Origin: Azolla caroliniana | Taxonomy: Eukaryota; Plantae; Polypodiophyta | Direction: 5' to 3' | DNA: 64,000 nucleotides | Assembly (NCBI GenBank): GCA_043228905.1 | Contig: JBHGNT010000016.1 | Span: 18,910,001 to 18,974,000 of the forward strand | Part shown: positions 34,201 through 44,580 of the stretch, piece by piece | How positions within the stretch are numbered: the stretch's first letter is position 1 | Layout: each line of letters opens with the position of its first letter | The notes under the pieces: generated by a model | Databases searched by the model: none | Seen by the model: the letters and a program-made list of their open reading frames with translations, nothing else | Told to the model about the DNA's origin: nothing | Position numbers and translations under genes: made by a program

Positions 34201-35997
34201 CTTTCAGTGGTGTCGGTCGAAAGCATCCGCTATGTGATCAACCAAGCCCCGCCTGGGCTTGATTCTCCAGTGTCCGGAGTTTCGGCTCTGATGCCGACCT
34301 TGCCAGACTCGAGAGGGTGTTATGTTCCGTACCCTCTCCCGTGGTACCATCGTACCGATCTTCTGCTATCTCGTGGGGCAAGTTCATCTCCTCGGCCTCG
34401 GCTCGCAGCCTCGATCTTTCCTCTTCCTCGAGCATCGCCTCGAGAGTGGCGTACGCCTCTGCAATCCTGGCCCCGAAACCGGCCCTTGCCGACTCTCTTT
34501 GTCATTCGGCCTCTTCCCGCTCTAATGGCCTTCCTCTTAGCCTTCTTGGCTCATTCGTCATCTAGTCGTTGGCATACCCTTCTGACCTTCGACCAGTCCT
34601 CGGTAAGGCCATTCGCTCTGTGCTCGTCTTCGAGCTCAATCCCGAGGGCCTCCCGTTCCGCTCGGTCAATCGACCTGACGAACAACAGGACTTTATTTGC
34701 CCCCACCAAACCTTGTTCCCGCTCCGGGAGCCGAGCAAGCCGTCGCTCGAACTCTCGGAACGCCTTCATTGCGCCCCGGTGGGTCTTCGCTGACGCAACC
34801 CACTGGTCGAAGCCGCATCGTCCCCGGCTCTTCCGCTGTCCTCCATATGCTTGCAGGAGCGCCTCTTCGAAGGCCTCCCACGAACTATGAGCTTCTCGGA
34901 GCTCCTTCACTTCCGCGTGCATACGGATGATAACGACCCGACAGAAGAACTCCAGCCTCAACGCCTCGTCTACGCCTCACTCCTCCATTTCCGCGTTGTA
35001 GGCTTCCAAGTAGTATGGGACCTTGTCCCTGTTGAAACGGCTGACTCTTTCGACCACTCGCTCAACCGCTTGTTGCGCCATCTCTCTTCTTGTTGTTGCT
35101 CGTCCAAACTCCCTCACCGCTTCGACAAAAAGTTGTGCAAAGTCGTCTTCTTCCAACTCCATCCTCCCTTGCCGCCCTTCACGTCGGGTTCACCAAATAT
35201 GTCGCATTGTTACGCGCGTGCGTGTAGAAAGGGCGGGACTACGGGGGTCTCGGACTAGAGAAGAAGGGAAGCCGAGAAGACGATTATGGTCGCGTTCCGG
35301 AGGCAACCGAACAAGAGAGAGAGAGAGAGAGACAAAGGAAAGGGAGAGTGTGCGCGCAACACCGACTCCTTTGCACAGGAAGCAAAGGGGTTGTACTTCC
35401 GACACCACCAAGTACACCGATATGCACAAACAAACACAAATGTGTATATTACAGGGGAAATAATACAAATCCGGCTTCGAGCCGGACAAAGGTAGGTTAC
35501 AGTCGTAGTCGGTTGCCAAGCCGCCGGTCGGGGAGCTCATGGGCTGTCGCGCTGAGCGGGGTCTTGCACAGAACCGAGCAGAAGCAAACCTCAAAGGGGT
35601 GGGGGGGGGGGGGGGGGATACAACCATGGCCCGAGCCGGCTACACACAGAAGAAGAGAAACTAACCTAACAGCTTGCCGTCATAGGTATTGCTCGACTCC
35701 TCGAGAAGGAGCAGAAAAGAAACGAAGAAGAAAGGAAAGAATGTCGCTAACCCTAGAAAGAAACACAAAACGGTATACCCTTACGACTCAAAATGGACAA
35801 CCCCTTCACAAGAGGCGCTCCCTTCCTTTTATACAACAAGGAGGGAAATGCATTACAATGTGGGATAAATCCCTTATTACATGGGACCCTCTGTCCTGAC
35901 TTAACACCTATTATTACAAGGGTAAGTACACATGGTGCACACTGCCGATTCTCCCGATATTCTTCGATTCCGCCTAGGGACGGTGTTCTCCACGACA
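31146..35997 (-). mobile_element. Element E: non-autonomous gag-only Gypsy derivative
   Basis: About 800-bp LTRs 31146-31946 and 35200-35997 ending CACGACA, Trp PBS, PPT-like tract at 31947-31955, gag from 35162 with stops and homologous to F gag; no RT or RNase H. Confidence 0.9.
32890..34130. repeat. GC-rich imperfect repeat array inside element E (about 8 copies)
   Basis: Core gccgccacc...tagg(a/t)ctcacgccggctctcgggccgac...ggatcggtgtgaggatc near 32895, 33080, 33279, 33375, 33505, 33617, 33929 and 34077. Confidence 0.8.
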
Positions 35998-36627
35998 GTG
36001 GAGTTTGAATGAATTGGCTAAGGAGGCCAACCAGATAGTTGAGGTCGGGTCGAGTGATCATGAGATAGATGAGGCTCCTGATCAGTTGTCGATATTGAGT
36101 CGGCTCGCACTCGTCTGTGCCAGAGTCGGCATCTAGTTTGAGGTTTCGATCGAGAGGGGTTGCCACATATTTGTACTCTGTCATCTCAAACTTGTATAAT
36201 ACATTGAGAATGTAGTGCCATTAAGAGATCATAATGCCAGTCCGAATCCGAATTACTTCGATGCCTTGGAAGTAATGAAGTTCCTTCATGTCCGTCATCT
36301 TGAATTTGTTGCTGAGGAGGGATTTCACCTTGTTGATGTCGACTAAACTTTCTCCTCCAAAAAACAGATCATCCACATATAGGATGATGACAATCAACCT
36401 TCTAGAGTCGTTTCGTACGTAGAGGGAGTTGTCGGATTTCGACATTCGAAAGCCGATTTGATGAAGATATTGCGCAATCTTCAAATGCCAAGCACGCGGT
36501 GCTTGCTTGAGGCCATAGAGAAGCTTCTTCAGTTGGCATACGGCTTTCAGATGAATGTTGGATTCGAAGCCGGGTGGTTGTACCATGTACACCTCCTCTT
36601 CTAATTTGCCTTGAAGAGAAGGCGTTC

Positions 36628-37079
36628 TTGACATCCATTTGGTGGAGGTGCCACATTTTCGTTGTTTCCCGATGACGACTCTAGAAGCCCGAATGTCGGC
36701 CGAGTCCTTGAATTTCGGGAGCCCGATGACGACTCCTTTCGATTGCATTGCCTTGACCTTTTGGAGGTTGATATGGCCAATATGCTTGTGCCATAACTCT
36801 ATGTCGGAATCGGCTTTCATGCCCTTTGCAAACATGGCCAAAATTGGCCAATTTCATCTTGACATCCATTTGGTGGAGGTGCCACATTTTCGTTGTTTCC
36901 CGATGATGACTCTAGAAGCCCGAATGTCGGCCGAGTCCTTGAATTTCGGGAGCCCGATGACGACTCCTTTCGATTGCATTGCCTTGACCTTTTGGAGGTT
37001 GATATGGCCAATATGCTTGTGCCATAATTCTATGTCGGAATCGGCTTTCATGCCCTTTGCAAACATGGCCAATTTCATC
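36628..37079. repeat. 230-bp tandem duplication in A2 pol
   Basis: cttgacatccatttggtggagg... starts at 36628 and at 36858; the copies are nearly identical. Confidence 0.95.
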
Positions 37080-37515
37080 TCGTGCGAGTCGAGAATGAAC
37101 ATTCGACCCTTTGTCCGTGAGCGATGAGTCGGCCCTCTTTTTCGATGAAGCAACCGCCTTGATTAAATCGTACTTGCATCCCTTGCTCAACAATTTGGCC
37201 AAAGGAGACCAAATTCTGCGTAATGGCTGGTACATGCAAGACATTTTTAATACAATTTTGGTTACCTTCTTTGCATAATGGGACATTGCCGATGTGTCGA
37301 ATCGGATGCATAGTGTCGTCTCTGGTTTCGACATAGCTGGGTTGGTCGAGCTCTCGAAGTTCTTGGAACCATTCTTGATGAGACATCATATGGTTCGAGG
37401 CACCGGAGTCGACGAACCATACGTCTTCCAGACTAGATGCGCTATTCAAAGTAGAAGCCGACATAGAATTTGCTCTATGTCTCATCACGAACATTCCGCC
37501 ACGATCGTCATAGTT

Positions 37516-40343
37516 GAAGTTGCGAAGTCTTCCATAGGTCGGTTGTTTGCCTGGCCATAGTGCTTGCTTTTGAAGGTGGTAGATTTATCAAATATATTGT
37601 TGTCTGCAATGCTTCAACCCAAAACTCCAGCTTCAATCCGACTTGTTGGAGCATTGTCGTCACTCACTCTTGGATCGTTCGGTTGATCCGTTCTTCCACT
37701 CCATTTTGCATGGATGTGTAAGGAACGGTCTTTTGATGCTGGATCCCTTTGTTGGGCAAGTACTGCTTGAAGGGTTAGGAAGTATATTTTCATGATATGG
37801 CATGGTATGGCTTCAAAAAGATTTGAACCCATGACCCTGTGTTACAAGGGTTGAATCCTTACCATTAAACCATGCATTGTAATACAAAAGATATTATTTC
37901 ACTATAGGAAATTCATGTATATTCCAGATTATTCTGGAACATTCTAGAAACTTCAAGAGTACTCCTGACAATACTATAAATAGAGGCACATGGAATTATT
38001 GAGAACCAATTTGGTTCAACACCAGTCTTAAGCCTCCTAGCTGTTCTTGTATCTTTCTTCATATAATATACTTCTTGTTGTCATCATTCTCTCTCGCTAC
38101 TCTCTCTCCCTCTCTCTCTCTCTTCCCCTCTCGTGATTCTCACACACTCTTTCCCTTCTTAGTACTAATCCTAATTATTCTGCTCTATCTTTAGTACTAA
38201 TTCTCCTTGCCTCTAGTACTATCCCTGAAATACATTTGCCTCCATTTTCGGAACAACATGTCTTCACTCTATGTCCCGATCGGTTCTCCGTTTCGATTAA
38301 CCATTGAGCGAAGATCTCGAGCGCTTCATCTTTTGACCTAATCGAATAGTTCCAAACCTTCTGTGTACAATCATCGACGAATGTGATGAAGTACCGGGAG
38401 CCACCTAGAGATCTTTCAGGCATCGGCCTACATATATCTGTGTGCACGAGCTCTAGGGGTTGTCGTACCATCTCATAATGAAGAGAGCGCAAATTGCGTG
38501 TCTATTTCCTGTTTGTTTCCCATATCGACAATGCTCGCAGAAGTCCGTCTTTGCTTGAAGTTTCGAGATGTAGTCGACCATCATCAGCCGAACGAGTCCG
38601 ACTTGAGACATATGGCCAAGTCGAGCATGCCATAAGTTCGGGTCGGTCTTTTCGGCTCAACTACGTTCACGAACCCTTCCGGATTGATCGTTATCATTGG
38701 GTACAAGTTGTTGTACTTGTGCCCGCTTCCGATTCTTAGATTTCCTCAGCTGATCATCCATGCCGACTCCTTTAGAGTCGTTCGGTGCCCATCTTCGGCT
38801 AACATGCCGATGGAGACCAAACTCCTTTTCAGACTGGGTACGTGCCGAACTTGATGTAGGGTGATCATGTTGCCATTCGACAATTGGATGGGGAATTTTC
38901 CGATCCCTGCGAATAGGCACTCCTGCCCATTGACGAGTCGGACTATGACATTGGCGTCGGCCGAATAGTTTGAAAAGCATTCGATGTTCGGGGTTACATG
39001 AAATGTGGCGTTGGAGTCCAACAACCATGTGTGCACGTCTTGCACATTGTAGAGGACTTCTCCGATCATCGAGTCCTCTAAGGAGAGGATTTCTCCCAAT
39101 CCGGTGTCGACAACATTGACTTGGTTGCTGACTAGAGAGTAATTTGAGTCGGATCGTCCTCGATTCCGCTCAGATCACCGACCACTCTCTTTCCTCTTGA
39201 TCGACCAGCAATCAGAAACATTATGACCGGCTTTTTTGCAATGGCTGCAGAATTTGCCTGATCAGCTCGTTCTTGACTTCAACCGTTGTTAGTCCCCCCT
39301 CGTTTTTTATCAACTATGATTTCGACCAGTTCTGTCGGCTTGTTCTCTCGATCGACTTAGTCAAGTGGTGGGCTTCTGCCGATTCGTCGATGGTGATTCC
39401 CATCGATTTTCGTCAAATATCCTTGGTGAGGACTTGGCTGATCGTCTCATCTAGATTTAGGATCAGACGGCTATTGGCAAATGTCATGCAGAATACCTCA
39501 CAACTCGCCGGCAAGCTCGATAGGAGGGCAAGGGCTTCAACTTCTTCTTCGAAGTTAATCCCTTGGGAGGAGAGTTCAGACAACACCCGGCTGAAGGTGT
39601 TGATGTGGGAGGTTGCAGGATCTTACTCTCTCATCTTCATATTGAATAGCTATCGAATCAATATGAGTTTTGACGTGGACTTCTTTTCGTACATTGCTTG
39701 CAACTTCTCCCATAACGAGAAAGTTGTTATCTCATTGGCCATGCTAAAGTAGACATTTTTGGTCAGGTGCATTTGGATGGTGGAGCGCGCGATTTTGTCT
39801 ATGGATCTCTACTCTTCTGCTATCATCGAAGCAGGTTTTTCACTATGTCAAATGGCTTCGACTTTTCCTCTGATGATCAACACATCCTGCATCATCTCCT
39901 TCCACAAGGAAATTTTTTTGCCATTGAACTTTCGGATTTCAACTCCTGTTCCTGATGTTGAAGCCATATTCTTTTTCAAAAGTGAGATATATTTTTCTAA
40001 CCTTGTCTTCTTTTTCAGCTTCCTCTGTTGCTTTCGTTGCCGCCGAACAACAGGTCACTCTGATACCACTTGATGGAATGAATGCGCGGAAGTAAGGACA
40101 TGTAGGTTATGTGGTCAGCAAACAACACAGAGAATATGACGGAAGAAATGATGGAAATGTAGACATAGTTTCAGCTCTAATGGAGGCTTTCGTTATTCAC
40201 TGTTCTCTCTCTCTCAGTGACCCAAGATACAAGAAGTCCATATATACAACATTAAGTTATTGCTTATATACTAAGCCCTAACTATTTGGACGTGTTCACT
40301 CACTAGGAGACAAAGTGGAAGGAGTCGGTCTTTTATGCCAACA
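37516..40343 (-). mobile_element. Copia B, 5' half (5' LTR 40071-40343, PBS-iMet, gag, protease, integrase core)
   Basis: PBS 40058-40068; gag ATG at 39967 (MASTSGTGVEIRKFNGK); WLLDSNATFH; LELVHTDIC; FITFVDD; ends LWPGKQPTYGRLRNF. Confidence 0.9.
37788..38230 (+). mobile_element. Solo-LTR-like insertion (443 bp) in the B integrase
   Basis: Interrupts the ENGG(E)YTS codons; TSD TATAT/TACAT; termini TTTCA...TGAAA; CTATAAATAGAGG TATA box near 37974 followed by a CT-rich tract. Confidence 0.75.
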
Positions 40344-43300
40344 GGAGGAACCCTAGGTCATTCTTGGATGAAGGTGGTATTTGAAATATTTCCAATTTTT
40401 GATCCTATGTAAGGTGGTATACCGTAGGACTATAATGACTATATGAAAAATAAAGGGAACCAAGAAGGGTTATGTCGTGCAATCAAATTGAGCATCCCAT
40501 TATTGAATAAATATTTAGTTGAATGAAAATTGTTTAAGTAAATTATAGAATGGTATCCCTAAGACCAAGCTTGCATTATATGCACATATTTCATCCTAAT
40601 CCATCAACAAATGGATGGCATTATCCTTTGCAATATTGGAAACAAATGTGTAATCTTCCGAGTATCCTTGAATCTGGAATCATTGGCAAAACACCTTTTC
40701 AATGAATATTTTGTGGTATTTTCGTACCCTTAATGATGTTGGATTTACCTATAGTAGAGGGAACTTGGTGGTACAAATACCAATCACATGGGGTCAGACA
40801 TGGCCTTTGAGTGCAAAGGCAAAAGGGAGGTTGACTATAAATTTTGTACCCGCCCATTTTGAATAATATCTCATTGTTGTCGTGGGTATTTGCACCTACT
40901 TTGTCAAATGTGAATAGGACTATTGGAGTCCTTAACCAAGGAAGATGGGTTGAAGAATATTTCTTTAGAGTTTGTTGAAGTCAAATGTTCAAGGTGTTAT
41001 GAAGGCATGCACTTGATTGATTCCCCCTTCAGTAATCATGGGAGCAATTAGAGTTTCCCCGTGAGAATGTGTTCAAATGGGTGGGTGCACATGAATTAAG
41101 GTTCCCACTTTAATGTGTGCTTGTATGGCAAAATTTGAAGTTTGTGGGAGAGTTGCCCAAGAATGTGTGGGAATTATATGTTCACAAATGATGCCCACAT
41201 TTGTGTGATTGTATGTGAATTTTCACTTTGAGTATCTTGTCTTGATCTTGATTCTTAACTTGTGTTACATGTATCAATGTGTCAAGCAGGCAAATGCATG
41301 ATGAACACTCTTCGGTGTATGGAATCTTTATGCGTATATGGGTAAATTTGTGACAACTTATCTTTTTTTGTGCATGTGTATGTGTATGTGGATCTTTGGG
41401 GGGAGGGGGCGGGTGTACTTATAAAGTGAATGTTGGGAGAGGTATGGATTGGGGGGTGGTTAAAATAATTTAGGTAGGGTGAGCTCTAGGCTTAAAGATC
41501 GAGTCTAGGATTAGGTAGCAAAACATGAGCTAAGGATAGGATTGGGTAATAAAACAGGCTTTTGCTAGGTAAATGACAAGAAGGACATGATGTTGCACCT
41601 ATGTAGTCGTATTGTTGATCAACAACAAAACTTGTGATGCTTCTCCATGCATGCGATCAAATAAATACTCCACACAAGATAACTCTTTGAGTTTTGTAAT
41701 GGAGAACTATACAAAATAGAAATATTTGAGTTCTATCAGGGCCCAAGTAACCATGATGAGAGTTAGTGTACATGTTCACAACACAATATCCTCACGATGA
41801 TCAAATCGAACATATCACAAGAGCCCAACTTAGGAGTTTAGCATGTGCTTACACTTTGCTTTGAACTTCCCATATTCTTATAATTTGGGCCTAACCATAT
41901 ATGTCTTGGTGAGTATGAGAGCAATACCTTATGTCAATGACGTTAACTAACTTCAATGTCCAAAGCAAGCAATTTAAGTTCTTCAATTTAAAAATAGTAG
42001 CCATGAAACAAATGAGGACCTACATGAACAAACATGGTTTGAAGAATCTTTCACAACATGGACACACATTCAAGGCAAGGTATATAAGGATACCCAATAT
42101 GATTGATACAAAAAAACCCACTTGTGCACATGTAACATTGAAGAGTTTGAAAGCATAAGAAGATACTTAAAATCACAAATTTGAAATAAAATGTTTTCTT
42201 GCATAATATATTGCTTCAAATACCATATGATTGATTATTCATAGGTATCCACTCTTGAGAATCAGAAGCATACCCCTTCCAACAAACATAGAGCGCCCTT
42301 AATTGTTACTTTACATCTGGGTTCTATGTAAGTTATATGTTAAAGTGTAAAGACTTAATAATGCAAACATTGGTAAATTGTGATTATGCAACAATTTTGT
42401 GGTGCAAAAAATGTAAATTTAGGAAATCATCCTTGAAAAAGGTAATGTTGTGGTGACTCTTCTTTTTAATTGAAGTATAGTTAGAACTTAGTCTATATAT
42501 ATTATTTAGTATTATTTAAATTATTTTCTAGAATCGAGAGCTTGTATCAGGGTAGGAGCTTTGATTGTGTTGTGATTGAGAGCTTGTATTGTCGATTCTA
42601 ATAAGGAGGTTTGATTGAGTGTTCTAATCTTGATCTCATCTCAAAAGCTCGGTTCATGGGAGCTCATCTTAAGAGTTCAACTCAAGTTCTCGACTTGGGA
42701 GTTATATTCAAGACCTTGGTTGATCAGGGATCATGAGCTCCACCACAGAGCTTTGTTCAAGAGCTCAAGGTTTGAAAATGAGGAGCTAAAATCAAATTTT
42801 TAAACACCTACATGTACTTGACCTTTATTCCTTTTCAAGAATTGAAGGAATTCTTAAATTCCTAGGTCTTTGAAGACATTTTTCTCCCTCGATAGGTTTG
42901 AATAGTCATTGTGGCACAACACATAGCTTAGAACTTGGAATAATGTGAACAACACACACAAAGGGTTGCGAAAGACTACCATAAACAAAAACAACCACAT
43001 AAGAGTGAGCCAAACTTGACAATTGAAGTAATCTTTGAGCATGGGAGCGAGAATGAAGGCAAAGGATCATATACTTAATCTCTTAGACACAAAACATGAA
43101 TTTTGGAGATAACAATTGTAAAGATGAGATTGATAAACCTCAATCGTGGGAATGTGTAGATCCACCAAATCAGACTTCCATAAGAGAACCTATAGCTAAC
43201 AAAGAAATGAGTCAACTAGGAATCAACAATGATCTGGATCTAGAGGTCAACATAGCCCTACTTCCGCAATTATTAACTTGATAGCTCTACCACTTAGAGA

Positions 43301-43939
43301 GGTAAATCATGTAACAAAATTTCAAAACCTTGTGTAATGGGAGTTGTCCCACATCTTAGCAAAGCAAATTCCCTCTCCTTGGAGGAAGTTTTAAACTTAA
43401 ACACAAAACCTTGGCACAATGTGCTTAGACACAAGAAGCTACAACCAAGCTTTGGAGAACCAATTCTTAGAGCCTCTTTTACACAAACTCCAATTAGCTC
43501 AAAATTACAAGAGGTAGACGCCTTCAAAGCATTCGTAGAAATTTGCAAACCGAGGAATTACTATACACAATTTGGAGTGTCCCACTCTTGAATACACTTG
43601 ACTTTCTATTTATCCATTATGATTCCCTAATAAGATATGACAAAAGCAAGGAATTCCATGGAAGTAGAATCAAACTCACATTTCTCTCTTTCGGCATATA
43701 GTTCCAAGCTCGCTTGGGAAGGGCCAACCTCACTTGTCGAATGTGCTCTTCCATGCTCGATGAGAAGAAAAGAATGTTTTCAAGGTAAATAATGAAAAAA
43801 TGATCAAGATACTCTCAAAATATGTCATTCATCATATGTTGAAAAATCGTTAGAGTATTGACGAGGCTAAATGGCATTACTTGCATTTGAAATGGTCCCC
43901 ACATGAGCCGTCTGGAGGTACTCGAAGCACTCTAGAATC

Positions 43940-44580
43940 AAAATTTATTGTAGTGATTACGTACTATGATTTTATTGAGGTTATAATAGTCGAAACAAAG
44001 ACAGAATGAGCTATCCTTCTTCTTGATGAACAAAATGGTGCTTATTCTTCTTCTTAACTAGATTGTTAAATGAAAACCTTCTTAAAGTTCCCATCAATAT
44101 AAGTTTCAGAGATTCCATCAATGGACAAAATGGTGGACATGTGACTTCTTGTAGATTGATCAGACAATCATGGGGCCGATGTTCAAGTAGGCGATCCATA
44201 TTCATTTTCTCTAACATGATACCAAAGTCTTCATATTTCGTAGGCATGGAATCATGATGTGTCCATATTGGAGCCAAAAATAGAGTACCCAAGATGGGGT
44301 TGACATTTTCCAACTTGAACATGGAGTGAGCACTTGTGTGGGAATGGATCCTCACTAGAGAAAAAAACATGTTAATAGACCTCACTAAAAAGGTGTGTGT
44401 GTGTGTGACCTATATGAAATTTGTCCATGTTGGAGAGGGGTTAAAGCAATCAAGTTGAGATTTGCTTTCCTTGGATCTGAAGTGAGAGTTCAAGTCGAGC
44501 TTTGCTTGAATTTATGGATGGGTCTTTAGGCTAAAGGTGATGGAGTGGGTAGAGTAATCCATTGCTGGATTGTGCAGTCA
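43940..44580 (-). pseudogene. Highly degenerate Gypsy (chromovirus-like) protease-RT junction fragment
   Basis: LLEHRPHDCLINLQ..PPFCP and D..FCLCFDYYNLNKIIVRNHY resemble LPEHRPYDC.I.L...PP.GP and DGSLRLCVDYRGLNKITI.N.Y. Confidence 0.65.

Larger units (their letters stand above)
29981..37521 (-). mobile_element. Copia A2, 3' half (gag end to 3' LTR 29981-30428); integrase deleted; interrupted by element E
   Basis: WFVDSGASNHM, LWHKHIGH, LYVDDL, TKHIKVHYHFIRE, SLRGS, PPT 30429-30440; LTR followed on the minus strand by CTATT. Confidence 0.92.

Noticed and set aside
15953-40343. Inverted LTR pairs as TIRs of a giant DNA transposon or a DIRS element
   Set aside because: Fully explained by ordinary Copia LTRs reoriented by the inversion; no transposase or tyrosine recombinase seen
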